From contig NZ_CP031697.1 in the NCBI RefSeq assembly GCF_004136375.1, positions 3,608,569 through 3,632,568 on the forward strand: a stretch of 24,000 bases of DNA, given 5' to 3'. Numbering within the stretch: the stretch's first letter is position 1; the number at the start of each line of letters is the position of its first letter. The position numbers and the translations under genes are program-made. The notes beneath the pieces were generated by a model. It searched no databases. It was given only the letters and a program-made list of their open reading frames with translations, and was not told where the DNA came from. This DNA comes from Xanthomonas oryzae pv. oryzae. GTDB taxonomy: Bacteria > Pseudomonadota > Gammaproteobacteria > Xanthomonadales > Xanthomonadaceae. Shown piece after piece: positions 1-9,535 of this stretch.

Positions 1-2058
1 CCGCCCATCGCGGCACAGGGAACGCGCCAGCCCCAGGTAGGCATCGGTCAGCCGCTGTGCGCCTTCGCTGCGCAGGAACGGATGCTCCGGGCTGCTGGCC
101 GCGATTTGCGCCAACTGCCGCTTCACCTTGGCGACGTCGTTGGCGGCGGCCGCGGCGCGCACCGACTCGATGCGCGTGGCGATCTGCGCGGCAAGCCGCG
201 CCTGCGCGTCCTCCACCAACGGCGCTGGCGGAGCGGACGGCGTGGCGGATGCGGTGACAGTTGCCGCGTCGAGCTCGTGCGCGCACTCTCGCAGCAGAGC
301 CGATTGCGGGAAGACGCGGCGCCCGGTGTCGAGCCAGCGGCGCGCTTCGTTGCGACGACCTGCGGTGAGCGCATCCGCACACCCGCGCCGGTAGCGCAAC
401 TCGAGTTCGGCATGCCGCAGCAGGCCGCTGTCCGGCGCCAGGCGGCGCACGCGATCGAGCAACGCCACCACGTTGCCGGGTTGATCCTCGAACAGTGCCC
501 CGGCGGCGATCGCGCCCGTCAATGCGGTGTCCAGACCGTTGAGCAGACGATCGCGCTCCTGCTCCATGGCGCTGCGGCGTGCATCCAGGCGTGGCGAGAA
601 CAGCTTCCACTGGTCGCGCACGCTCAGGATGCGCTGTGCGCCCACATAGTCTTCGCGGCCAAGCGCCGGCTGCCAATAGTGGTCCAGGCGCCTCAGCAGG
701 AACGCTTCGATGGTGCTGCTGTGGTCGAGGATCAAGCGCCGGCGGTCGTCTTCTCCCAGCGCCCACAACGCTGCCCGTGCGTGGGCTTCATGCGCGAACC
801 GGTTCGGCGCTTGTGGCGAGAAGCGCTCGAGCACCCCAGCGACCTTCTCGCGTTGCGCATGCACCTGCATCCACACCGTCGCCCCGACGCCGCCCGCCAA
901 CAGCAGAACGCCCGCCAGCAGGTACGGCACCGCGCGCTCGCTGCGGCTGCGCGGACGCAGTTGCTCTAGCAACACCGTCATCGTCGGTCGTGCCGCCGCC
1001 TCGAACGCCAAGCTGCTCCGCAGCCCGCGCATCTGCCGGCGGCTCAGCGTCGGCAGCGCTGCCACGCGCAGCTGCTGCGCCTGCGCCTGCGTCGCCGATT
1101 GCTTGGCAAAGGGATGGCGGCCGGACAGCAGTTCGTACACCACGCAGCCGAACGCATAGACATCGTCGGCGAACGCCGGCTCGTCGCCGCGCAACATTTC
1201 CATGCTGGCGTAGGCAGGGGTCAGCGCGCCCAGCGTGGCCGCGTCGAACACCGTGTGGTCATCGCTGGATTCGGCGCCGGCCAGTTTCGCCGCGCGGGCG
1301 ATGCCGAAGTCGAACACCTTGGCGAGGTTTCCTGCACCGACCATGACGTTGCCCGGCTTGAAGTCCGAATGCACGATGCCGGCGGCATGCGCGCGTTGCA
1401 GGGCGCGCCCCATGCCCTCGATCAGCGGCCAGGCCTCGGCCAGCGGCATGCCCTCGCCCAGCCGGCTGCGGATCAGCCCACGCAGGTCGTCGCCCTCGAT
1501 GTACTCCATCGTCATGAACACGATGGCGCCGTCTTTGTCGAAGTCGTAGACGCGCACGATATGGTCGTGCGCCAGGCTCTGCGCGCGACGCGATTCGCGC
1601 TGCAAGGCGATCAGCGAATCCGGATGGCGGCGAAAGTCGTCGTTGAGTACCTTGACCGCGATGTAAGGATGACGGTCGCGCGCCTCGACCTTGCGCTCGT
1701 CGCGCGCCAGATAGACCACACCCATGCCGCCGCGGCCGATTTCGCGCACCAGCAAGAAGCGCGCTTTCAGCAGCATGCCCACGCCGACCTGCGCGTCGCC
1801 TTGCAATTGCGCAACGCGCCGCCAGCTGGAGGCGCCAGCGCTGTCGTCGGCGTGCGCCAGTGGGTTGACCCTGGTTGCCGCGTCGTCGCAAGCGTGGGCG
1901 GCGCGCTGTCGGGTGAGCGGCGCGAGCCGGGTGACCTCGTCGTCGGCAGCCGGCGGCACTGACGGCGTATCGGCGAGGTCGCGGGCCGGGCGTACGCGGG
2001 TGCGGTCGTCGTCCGGCGGCGACGTGCGGCCGGTCATGTCGTGATCGCGGGTGGTCAT
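1..2058 (-). CDS. ppkA: Hanks-type Ser/Thr protein kinase of the T6SS threonine-phosphorylation pathway (PpkA-like), membrane-anchored; C-terminus runs off the left edge of the window
   Basis: Absent from the ORF track because there is no stop inside the window. My reverse-complement translation from the ATG at 2056-2058 gave no stop down to nt 1; I checked 1621-2058 codon by codon and read the rest in one pass. The start forms an ATGA overlap with the pppA stop. Kinase motifs: GRGGMGVVYLA (G-loop), IAVKVL (Lys), GIVHSDFKPGN catalytic loop (1348-1380), VFDFGIA (DFG). A hydrophobic segment AVPYLLAGVLLLAGGVGATVW follows the kinase domain. Plus-strand ORFs 82..969 and 1099..1962 are its antisense. 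Confidence 0.9.
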   Translation of the reverse strand, partial: MTTRDHDMTGRTSPPDDDRTRVRPARDLADTPSVPPAADDEVTRLAPLTRQRAAHACDDAATRVNPLAHADDSAGASSWRRVAQLQGDAQVGVGMLLKARFLLVREIGRGGMGVVYLARDERKVEARDRHPYIAVKVLNDDFRRHPDSLIALQRESRRAQSLAHDHIVRVYDFDKDGAIVFMTMEYIEGDDLRGLIRSRLGEGMPLAEAWPLIEGMGRALQRAHAAGIVHSDFKPGNVMVGAGNLAKVFDFGIARAAKLAGAESSDDHTVFDAATLGALTPAYASMEMLRGDEPAFADDVYAFGCVVYELLSGRHPFAKQSATQAQAQQLRVAALPTLSRRQMRGLRSSLAFEAAARPTMTVLLEQLRPRSRSERAVPYLLAGVLLLAGGVGATVWMQVHAQREKVAGVLERFSPQAPNRFAHEAHARAALWALGEDDRRRLILDHSSTIEAFLLRRLDHYWQPALGREDYVGAQRILSVRDQWKLFSPRLDARRSAMEQERDRLLNGLDTALTGAIAAGALFEDQPGNVVALLDRVRRLAPDSGLLRHAELELRYRRGCADALTAGRRNEARRWLDTGRRVFPQSALLRECAHELDAATVTASATPSAPPAPLVEDAQARLAAQIATRIESVRAAAAANDVAKVKRQLAQIAASSPEHPFLRSEGAQRLTDAYLGLARSLCRDGR

Positions 2059-2777
2059 GGTGGCGCATTCCGTGGGGCCAGGCGCAGCGCCACGGCCGAG
2101 ACGTTGTCGCGCCCGGCACGGCCGAGCGCAGTATCGAACAGGCGTGCCACCAGCGCGGCTGGCTGATGCGCGCGCCGGCAGTGGGCGGCGATCTCGGCGT
2201 CGCTGAGTTCCTTGTTGATTCCATCCGAGCACAGCAGGTAGTGCTGGCCCGGCCGGCGCGCGCACACCATCCAATCCACATACAGCGCATCGTCGGCGCC
2301 GATCGCGCGGGTGAGCGCACCGCCGGCGGGCTGCGCTCGCCCCACCTGCGTCAGATCGTCCTTGTCGCCGGCCACATGGTCGCGGGTCAGCAACTGCAGC
2401 CGGCCCTCCTCGAACGCATAGGCGCGGCTATCGCCCACCCAGCCGCACATCAGCAGCTCGTGGTCGTGCACCAGCACCACCACGGTGCTGGCGATCACAT
2501 CCACTCGCCGCGCGCGCGCCAATGCACGCAATTGCCGGTTGACCTGGTTCAGCTGCGCGTCGATGGCATCGACGAAACTGGCCAGGTCGCCGTCGCGCCG
2601 CAACGCGCCCAGTGCATCGACGACCATGCGACTGGCGAGATCGCCGGCGCTGTGGCCGCCCAGTCCATCGGCCACTGCCCACAGGCCCAGATCGTCGCGC
2701 AGCAAAATCGCATCCTCGTTCCGGCGACGGACATTGCCCTGTTCGGTACGCCCGGCGGACACGTAAGACGCGCTCAT
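2055..2777 (-). CDS. pppA: PP2C-family Ser/Thr phosphatase (PppA-like), T6SS post-translational regulator
   Basis: C-terminal 240 aa of track ORF 2055..3455. Start set at MSASYVSAGR (ATG 2775-2777), which overlaps the tagF stop as ATGA. PP2C motifs: RRNEDA, VADGLGGH, GDSRAY, LCSDGI. The upstream 226 codons of the track ORF are Arg/Cys-rich and overlap tagF. Confidence 0.9.
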   Translation of the reverse strand: MSASYVSAGRTEQGNVRRRNEDAILLRDDLGLWAVADGLGGHSAGDLASRMVVDALGALRRDGDLASFVDAIDAQLNQVNRQLRALARARRVDVIASTVVVLVHDHELLMCGWVGDSRAYAFEEGRLQLLTRDHVAGDKDDLTQVGRAQPAGGALTRAIGADDALYVDWMVCARRPGQHYLLCSDGINKELSDAEIAAHCRRAHQPAALVARLFDTALGRAGRDNVSAVALRLAPRNAPP

Positions 2778-3421
2778 TGCACTGCCTCTGCAAGACAGGC
2801 GCTCGGCGCATGCGAGGGTCCAAGCAGGATCGGCGCATGACCGGCCGCAGGCCAGCCGGCAAGACGCATCCAGGCCCCCGGCGCAGATGCTGTCATCGCC
2901 GTCCACCACAGGCTGCTGCCAGCAGTGGTCGCGTCCGCAAGCGGCGGCGCCAGCACGGATGCGTCGTCGTGCGCGTGTTGGGCGAGCGCCACGCAGGCGT
3001 GGTCCAACCAGGCACCATCTTGCTGTCGCTTTGCACCGATAGTGCACAACACCGTGTCGGCAGCATCCAGCCATGCGGGCAGACGCAAATGGGTCGGCGT
3101 GGCGGCAGCTGTCGCGCCATCGGCATCGCGTGCAGGCAGCGCTGCGGCGATGACCAAGGGGAACGCGCGGCCGACCCGATCGACGCTCGCCCGCATCGCC
3201 CCGACCCATGCAGCCGTCCCCGCGAGGCCGGGCATCAGCACGAAGCGCCACACCGGTGCGTGCTGCGCAGGCGTCGCGATCGTTGCCGCGTTGGCAGACA
3301 ACACGCCTTGCATCGCCACATGCCACGGGTCGACAAACGTCTCCGGCAAGCGGCGATGTACGAAATCGCCAACCGCGGGCAGCTTGCCGTAGAAACCCGG
3401 CGGGCGTTGCATGGCGCTCAT
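2774..3421 (-). CDS. tagF: T6SS-associated protein TagF (DUF2094 family), repressor of the phosphorylation-independent activation route
   Basis: C-terminal 215 aa of ORF 2774..4057, starting at MSAMQRPPGFYGKLPAVGDFVHRRLP. The G-x-[FY]-G-K-L-P-x-x-G-D-F N-terminus is the TagF hallmark. The ATG at 3419-3421 overlaps the tssM stop (ATGA at 3418-3421). Confidence 0.85.
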   Translation of the reverse strand: MSAMQRPPGFYGKLPAVGDFVHRRLPETFVDPWHVAMQGVLSANAATIATPAQHAPVWRFVLMPGLAGTAAWVGAMRASVDRVGRAFPLVIAAALPARDADGATAAATPTHLRLPAWLDAADTVLCTIGAKRQQDGAWLDHACVALAQHAHDDASVLAPPLADATTAGSSLWWTAMTASAPGAWMRLAGWPAAGHAPILLGPSHAPSACLAEAVQ

Positions 3422-6400
3422 GGGCAACTGAACCGCTGCACGGCCGACGCCGCAAAGGGATGCCGCAGGCTGGCCGGTTGTATGTCCACGCGCACGCTGG
3501 TGCCGCCCAGCGCGAGGCTGGCGGTGTAATCCAGATCGCCGCTGCGGTGCAGCCGCCCGGCCTGCATGACCCGAAACCAGGCCCAGGGGCCGCGGTATTC
3601 GACCACTGGCAAAGCCTGTCCGCTGGCGTCCCACGCCGCCAGACGCACCAGACCTGGCGTTGGACCAGGCCAGGTCATCGACTGGGTGGCGCGCGCACCA
3701 TCGCGCACGTCCAGCGCTTGCCCATCCACCTCCAGCTGCAGCCGGCGAATCCCTGCTTGCGGTGGAATGGAAACAGTAAAGGCGACCTGCGGCTGCGCAC
3801 CGCCGCCGGCGAAGAATGCTTGCTTGATCTCGTCGGCCAGTTGCGCGCGCGCCAGCACGTCGTCTGCGCCAGCCGCAGCCATGCCTGCATTCCATTTCCA
3901 GCCAGGCCCGCTGGTATCGACCTTGCCGAGCAACGCCTGTTGCGCGAACCGGTCCATCCGCCCACCGGGTGCGAACAGTTCGGCGAAATCGCGCAGCGGG
4001 ATCTCGTTGTTGCTGCCCGGCACGAACGGGAAACGCCCGCTCACCAGCAGCGCGCACTCACGCCCGGCGGCTTGCCGTTGCGCGTTACGCAATGCCTCGC
4101 CGACGCTGCTGGCGGTCAATGCGCGACCACGACCGGACAAGGTCGCCATCCAGTTGCCCAGCGGCGGCGGCAGCTGTTCGGCCTGTTGCGCGGCGATCAG
4201 CAACGCCGGGGCGTTCTGGTCGGCAGCCACGCCAGCGGCGGCTCCCAACAGCGTGCGGCTCATCTGGGTCAACGCGGCCAGGGTTTCGTCCAGCGCACTG
4301 GCGCCCGGCCCACCATCGAGCAGGCGAGTGAGCGGTTCGAAATGGCGTTCGATCGGTTCGGCTGCCACATCCGGCTCGGCCGCAGCAGCAGTGTCCGCGG
4401 CAGCTGCAGCGCCCGCGCCGGCCTTCGCTGCAGGCGTGCGCCCCAGTGCGTGGGTGTGCTCGCGCAGCAACACCAGCAACGCCTTCAGCGGCGATGCCGG
4501 TCCACCCAGCTTGGCGGCCACCGCACTCGCCTGCCCGGTCTGCACGACCGGCCGCAACACCAGATCGGCCAGCAGGCTGTCCCAGGCGGCGATGTAGTCG
4601 CGCTGATACAGCGCCAATACCTCGCGCTCCAGTTGCGAGCGCGCCAACGGGTCCAGCGGTGCCGTGCCCAACACCCAATCGTCGGCGAGAAACTGCTGCA
4701 CGCCATGCGCGATGCCACCGCCGATCTGTGCTTGAAACGCTTGACGGGTGAACAGCGGGGGCAATGGCGCAGACAACGGCAGGCCACTGCGGCGTTCGAA
4801 GACATCACTCAGCAGGCCCAGGCGGCGATCCAGGCGTGGGGCCTGGCCGGCATCGACCCCGGGCTGCGTCAGCTTGAGGCCACCGTAGACCAGTGCCGGC
4901 AGTTCGGCGGTTCGCAGGCTCGCCCGTGTCTGCTCGATCTGCTGCCGATCCAGCGCAAGCGCGCGCGCGCCGTCCACCGGACCCAGCAAGGCGCGCAGAT
5001 GCAGGTTCAACCCCGCACGCACCGATGCATCGTCGGGAAATATCTGGCGCCAGACCGTGTCTGCCAGCGTGGCCAGATGCATTGCATCGCGCCGTGTCGG
5101 GTCTCCCAGCATCAGGTAGCCCTTCAACAATGGATACAAACGTTGCGGATCGTTGCTGGACTGCTCCAGCTTGCGTCGCAGCGATTGCGCCAATGCCGGC
5201 AGCAACGCGCCATTGAGGTCGCGCAGATACGCTTCTTGCACATCGCGCGCCAAGGCCGTGCCCTGGTGCAGCCCGAAACGTCGCGACCACGGAATCGACG
5301 CGCCCGGCGGCAGCGCCGCATCGCGCGCCTGCGCCAACGCGTCGAAACGCTGCAAGGCTTTTGCATAGAAGGCCGCCTCGCCTGCATCGGCGGGCAGCGG
5401 GCCGGCGGGATAGGCATCGAGCGCGTCGCGCACCTGCCCGATCAGCCGCACGTTGCGGGCGTAACTGCCGGCCATGCCCGACAGCACGCCCAGGGTGGTG
5501 GCGGTCAACACGGCCCAGCAGGCCAGCTGCAGCAACCGACGGCACTGCGCGCTGCCGGGTTGGCTGCCGGCCAGTCCCGCCTCGGCGAAGACCACGTCCT
5601 TGAGCAGGCGTGACAGGAAGTAACTGCGTGGTGCGCTGCTGACGGGCGGCAGACCGGCGGCGGCAACACCGAAGTGTCGCGCCACTGCCGAGATGACGTG
5701 GTCGATCGGATGGCCTTGCTGCGTCCCCGAGCTCAGATAGACACCACGCAGCCACGGCTGGCCGGCATAGCCATGGCGGCCGAACGCGGTCTGCACAACG
5801 TCCATCAGCGCTGGCTGAAGCAACCGCAATTGCTGCGGAAAGGACAGCACCGCGGCACGCTCGCGTGCATCGCGCGCCCGATGCAGGCGCTCCAGCACGC
5901 GCTGATCGATCCGCTCCAGCAGGCGTTCGAGCTCGGTGGGGAATCGCGTCAACGGATCGGTGTCACCGGCGGCCTGCGCCTGTGGGAACGACACCCCCCA
6001 CACCTGCGCGCGGCCGGCGGCATCCAGATCGGCGAAGAATTCGGCGAAGCCCGACACCAGATCGCATTTGGTCACGATCAGGTAGACCGGCACGCGTGCG
6101 CGCAGTTTCTCGACCAGTTCGTTCAGTCGATGACGTACTGCCCGCGCGTGCGACAGACCGGCATCGCCATCGAGCTCCAGCAGCTCGGCCACGCTCACGG
6201 TCACGATGACGCCGTTCAATGGCTGCCGGCGATGCCGCCGCAGCAGGTCCAGAAAGCCATGCCAGGCACCGGCATCGGCGATGGCGTCCGAATCCTGGGT
6301 GGTATAGCGCCCGGCACTGTCGAGGAACACTGCTTGGTCGGCGAACCACCAATCGCAGTTGCGCGTGCCACCGACACCTTCCAGCGCGGCGTGGGTGCCA

Positions 6401-6876
6401 TGTGCCTTGAGGGGGAACTCCAGGCCCGAAGACTGCAGCAAGGTGCTCTTGCCGGAACCGGGCGCGCCGATCAGCAGATACCAGGGCAGCACGTGCAGGC
6501 CGGGACCGTTGCGACGGCGACGGCGCAGCACCGCCATGGCTTCGGTAAAGCGCGCACGCAGGCGGACCTGCTCGTGTGCTGCACGCGCGCGACTGTCGTT
6601 GCCGCTGGCGTCTTCGGCACGTGCTCCCTGCCCGACCAGTTCGGCGGCCAGACGTTGCTGCTTGGCGCTGTCGCGGCGCCAGCGCAGATAGCGCCACCCT
6701 GCCCACGCGAGCACCAGCACGGCCATGGCAAGCAGGCGCCCGCTCACGCTGGCAAACGGCTGCCAGCGGCCCAGGCTGAGATAGGGTCCGCCGACCCACA
6801 CCAGGAGGGCCAACAGACTGAGGATGGCAGCGCTGGCGAGGTAGCGCACGCGCAGGAAATCGAGCACAAAGCGCAT
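3418..6876 (-). CDS. tssM: T6SS membrane-complex protein TssM (IcmF)
   Basis: 1152-aa ORF. It has N-terminal TM helices (AAILSLLALLVWVGGPYL, LLAMAVLVLAWAGW) and a Walker A motif (LLIGAPGSGKSTLL). Size and synteny (tssL-tssM-tagF) fit IcmF. Confidence 0.95.
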   Translation of the reverse strand: MRFVLDFLRVRYLASAAILSLLALLVWVGGPYLSLGRWQPFASVSGRLLAMAVLVLAWAGWRYLRWRRDSAKQQRLAAELVGQGARAEDASGNDSRARAAHEQVRLRARFTEAMAVLRRRRRNGPGLHVLPWYLLIGAPGSGKSTLLQSSGLEFPLKAHGTHAALEGVGGTRNCDWWFADQAVFLDSAGRYTTQDSDAIADAGAWHGFLDLLRRHRRQPLNGVIVTVSVAELLELDGDAGLSHARAVRHRLNELVEKLRARVPVYLIVTKCDLVSGFAEFFADLDAAGRAQVWGVSFPQAQAAGDTDPLTRFPTELERLLERIDQRVLERLHRARDARERAAVLSFPQQLRLLQPALMDVVQTAFGRHGYAGQPWLRGVYLSSGTQQGHPIDHVISAVARHFGVAAAGLPPVSSAPRSYFLSRLLKDVVFAEAGLAGSQPGSAQCRRLLQLACWAVLTATTLGVLSGMAGSYARNVRLIGQVRDALDAYPAGPLPADAGEAAFYAKALQRFDALAQARDAALPPGASIPWSRRFGLHQGTALARDVQEAYLRDLNGALLPALAQSLRRKLEQSSNDPQRLYPLLKGYLMLGDPTRRDAMHLATLADTVWRQIFPDDASVRAGLNLHLRALLGPVDGARALALDRQQIEQTRASLRTAELPALVYGGLKLTQPGVDAGQAPRLDRRLGLLSDVFERRSGLPLSAPLPPLFTRQAFQAQIGGGIAHGVQQFLADDWVLGTAPLDPLARSQLEREVLALYQRDYIAAWDSLLADLVLRPVVQTGQASAVAAKLGGPASPLKALLVLLREHTHALGRTPAAKAGAGAAAAADTAAAAEPDVAAEPIERHFEPLTRLLDGGPGASALDETLAALTQMSRTLLGAAAGVAADQNAPALLIAAQQAEQLPPPLGNWMATLSGRGRALTASSVGEALRNAQRQAAGRECALLVSGRFPFVPGSNNEIPLRDFAELFAPGGRMDRFAQQALLGKVDTSGPGWKWNAGMAAAGADDVLARAQLADEIKQAFFAGGGAQPQVAFTVSIPPQAGIRRLQLEVDGQALDVRDGARATQSMTWPGPTPGLVRLAAWDASGQALPVVEYRGPWAWFRVMQAGRLHRSGDLDYTASLALGGTSVRVDIQPASLRHPFAASAVQRFSCP

Positions 6877-6879
6877 GGG

Positions 6880-8196
6880 TCAGGTCTCGGGAATCAACAG
6901 GATCTCGACGCGCCGATTGCGCGCACGGTTGCCGGGCAATTGCGGCGGTAGCGCGATGGGCTGGGAATCGCCCGCGCCACTGGTCTGTACCCGGCGTCGA
7001 TCGCGCAGGCCTGCCGCCAACACGGCGCCCACGCTCTCTGCGCGACGTGCGGATAAGGCGAAGTTGTCCTTGAAGCGCAGCGAGCGCACCGGCTGATCGT
7101 CGGTATGCCCCACCACCACCACCCGCCCCGGCACCTGTTCAAGCGCCGCAGCAACGCGTTCGAGCAGGTGGGTCTGATCGGCATCCAACTCCGCGCTGCC
7201 GCTGGGGAACATGGATGCGCTGGCCAGGCGCACGGTGCTGCGGCCATCGCCGTCGGTGTGGACGGTCAGCAACCCTGCGCGTTGCTCGGCCGCCAGCAGC
7301 GGTGCAAGCGCCGGTATGGTCGCCGCTCTGACTGCCGCCGGGATCGGCAACGCCACCCGCTCCAGGCCGATGCGCGCCAGCTGCGCGCTGATCGGCGCGG
7401 TCAGCGTATTGAGGCGCGCATGCAACCACACGAACGCCAGCAACACGATGCACAGCGAGGCCAGCGCCGCGATCCACAGCGGCGTGGCCGCTGCATTGCG
7501 CAGCAACGGCGCCTGCGCGCCTTGCCAATGCGGCGACAACTCGGCAGGCGCAGGCACGCGCTGACGCTGGATGAGTTGGTAGAGCTCGGCCTGGCGATCG
7601 GCCAGCCGTGCCCCACCACCCTGCTCCACCCGATAGCGGCCACCAAAGCCCAGCGCCAATGCCAGGTACAGCAGCTCCAGCAGGTCCAGGTGCCGCGCCG
7701 GATCGCGTGCCAGCCGATCGAGCAGGTCGAAGACCTTGGCGCCGCCATAGGTTTCGCCGTGGAACGTCACCAGCAAAGTGCGCTGCGACCAGCCGCTGGC
7801 CTCGCCCCAGGGCGCGGCCAGCACCGCTTCGTCGAGCAACGTGCACAGCACGTAGCGCGCGGCGATGCCGGTCTTGTCGTCGGTGCCCTGTTGCCGCAGC
7901 TCCTGCTCGAAGTGCTGCAGGCGCGTGATGCAGTTCTCGCGCAAGGTGGCGATCTCCGGCGTCTGCGCGGAGTGTCGCAACTGCACCGCCAGCAGCAGCA
8001 GCGGCGTGGCTGCGCGCACCACCGCATTGCCCTGCATCGCACCTGGCGTCGCGCGCATGGCGGCATCCAGATCGGGCGGTCGCCTCGTCCGCGTCGGTGA
8101 TTGGCGGGGCGGCATGGATGAGGCGGGCCGCGGCGCCGGCGTCGCGCTGCGGACCACGGTGGCATCGTCGTCGTGCTGGTCGACCGTGTTGCTCAT
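6880..8196 (-). CDS. tssL: T6SS membrane protein TssL (DotU) fused to a C-terminal OmpA/MotB-type peptidoglycan-binding domain
   Basis: 438-aa ORF. The DotU-like core runs NAVVRAATPLLLLAVQLRH...ARYVLCTLLDEAVL...TFHGETYGGAKVFDLLDRL. A TM segment (PLWIAALASLCIVLLAFVWL) follows. The OmpA-like tail reads VVVVGHTDDQP...NFALSARRAESV...NRARNRRVEILL. The Pro/Arg-rich first 60 aa leave the true start uncertain. Confidence 0.9.
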   Translation of the reverse strand: MSNTVDQHDDDATVVRSATPAPRPASSMPPRQSPTRTRRPPDLDAAMRATPGAMQGNAVVRAATPLLLLAVQLRHSAQTPEIATLRENCITRLQHFEQELRQQGTDDKTGIAARYVLCTLLDEAVLAAPWGEASGWSQRTLLVTFHGETYGGAKVFDLLDRLARDPARHLDLLELLYLALALGFGGRYRVEQGGGARLADRQAELYQLIQRQRVPAPAELSPHWQGAQAPLLRNAAATPLWIAALASLCIVLLAFVWLHARLNTLTAPISAQLARIGLERVALPIPAAVRAATIPALAPLLAAEQRAGLLTVHTDGDGRSTVRLASASMFPSGSAELDADQTHLLERVAAALEQVPGRVVVVGHTDDQPVRSLRFKDNFALSARRAESVGAVLAAGLRDRRRVQTSGAGDSQPIALPPQLPGNRARNRRVEILLIPET

Positions 8197-8197
8197 C

Positions 8198-9535
8198 TCA
8201 ATTCCTCACCGCCCACAACTCAAGTTCCAGGCCGGGAAAACCACTGCCGAAATGCAGCGCCACGCCACCGGACGTGCGCAGCGTCTTCCACAGCGACGAT
8301 TGCCGATCGAGTTCGAAGTAGGCGCAGCCGGCGTGATACGGCACCTGCCGCGGTGCCATCGCCAGCGCACTCACGGCCACCCCGGGCAGTTGCAGGTTCA
8401 CCAGGTCGCGAATCTTCTCCACCGGGCCGATCTTCGATTCGGCGGGTAGCCGCTTGCGCAGATCCTCGGCGCGCAGATCCGCCTTGACTGCCAGCACGAA
8501 GGCCGCCGCGTCCAGCAAGGCCGGATCGGGCACCATGCCCACCCACACGCCGTATTTGCGTTGCTGCAAGGGCACGGCAATCGCCGACTGTTCGAGCACC
8601 GCGCTCAAGCTTTCGCGCAAGGACACCACCACCGGCTCGAAGCTCGCCTTCAGCGCATCGTGTGCGTACGGCGGAAATGGCCCGCTGCGTTTACTGGCAC
8701 GGGTGAAGGTCGCGAGTTCGCCAGCCATCCCCAGCAGCACGCAATACAGCGCTTCCGGATGCTCCAGCGGCGCGCTTGCCCAATGCGCCACCAGCGGCTG
8801 GTAGCGATTGATCACCTGCAACATCAGCACGTCTGCGATTTCTGCCACGCCGCTACGGTCGCTGCCGGCCACGCGGTCGGCCAGCGCCTGGCCGCGTTGA
8901 TGCAATAGCCCAAGCAATTCGGCCAGCAGCATGGACAACCGCGCGGCGCCTTCGATGCGGATGGCGGTCGGGATGAAGGCATCATCGAGAATCACCCGTC
9001 GATCGGCGCGGCACTCGACAATGCGCGCCATCGGCACCTCCACCAGCCCCTCCCCCGGTTCGGACTGCAGGCGTAGGCGACTGGCCAGCACGCCGACTTC
9101 CAGCAGGACCGTGCCGGCGATGCTGCCGGACGAATCGCCGACCTCCGCTTCGCCCACGCGATAACGGGCCAGCCGGCTGCCGTCGCCATCCGGCCAGGTG
9201 CTATCGGGCTGCGTGGTCGCGCGCAGCGGCAGCGCCAGACTCACCACCTGGTCGCGGCAGTTGGCCGGCACGTCCAACGGCGGCGGTGCCGGATCGCGAT
9301 CGGGAATGGAAAACGGCGTGCCATCGGGAAAGCAGCCGCGGGCGCGCCGGATGCCGAGCTTGCCGATGGACAGCAATTCCGGCTCCAGCTCCAGTACGCT
9401 GAAACCCCACGCATGCGGCCGGAGCGCACCGGCATGCAGTTCCATGTAGCGCTCCAGATAGCGCTCCTGTTGTTGCAGGTGCTGCGGGCGCAGGAACAGG
9501 CCCTCGCTCCAGATCACCTTGTTGTAAGGGGTCAT
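8198..9535 (-). CDS. tssK: T6SS baseplate protein TssK
   Basis: 445-aa ORF with the typical TssK N-terminus MTPYNKVIWSEGLFLRPQHLQQQERYLE. Its start overlaps the tagH stop as ATGA (9532-9535). Confidence 0.93.
   Translation of the reverse strand: MTPYNKVIWSEGLFLRPQHLQQQERYLERYMELHAGALRPHAWGFSVLELEPELLSIGKLGIRRARGCFPDGTPFSIPDRDPAPPPLDVPANCRDQVVSLALPLRATTQPDSTWPDGDGSRLARYRVGEAEVGDSSGSIAGTVLLEVGVLASRLRLQSEPGEGLVEVPMARIVECRADRRVILDDAFIPTAIRIEGAARLSMLLAELLGLLHQRGQALADRVAGSDRSGVAEIADVLMLQVINRYQPLVAHWASAPLEHPEALYCVLLGMAGELATFTRASKRSGPFPPYAHDALKASFEPVVVSLRESLSAVLEQSAIAVPLQQRKYGVWVGMVPDPALLDAAAFVLAVKADLRAEDLRKRLPAESKIGPVEKIRDLVNLQLPGVAVSALAMAPRQVPYHAGCAYFELDRQSSLWKTLRTSGGVALHFGSGFPGLELELWAVRN

Noticed and set aside
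2778-3455. N-terminal extensions of track ORFs (2055..3455, 2774..4057, 9532..11307, 11489..13537, 15782..18580, 21375..22001)
   Set aside because: The extensions overlap the upstream gene in another frame and are Arg/Cys/Pro-rich. Internal ATGs with an SD or an ATGA coupling give family-typical N-termini.
3208-5613. Very long plus-strand ORFs (3208..5613, 801 aa; also 19608..21935, 775 aa; 17060..18400; 15578..16858; 5674..6951; 82..969; 1099..1962)
   Set aside because: Each lies antisense to a minus-strand gene with clear T6SS or kinase motifs. Their products are Arg/Gln/His-rich low-complexity strings. Stop-free antisense frames are expected at this GC content.
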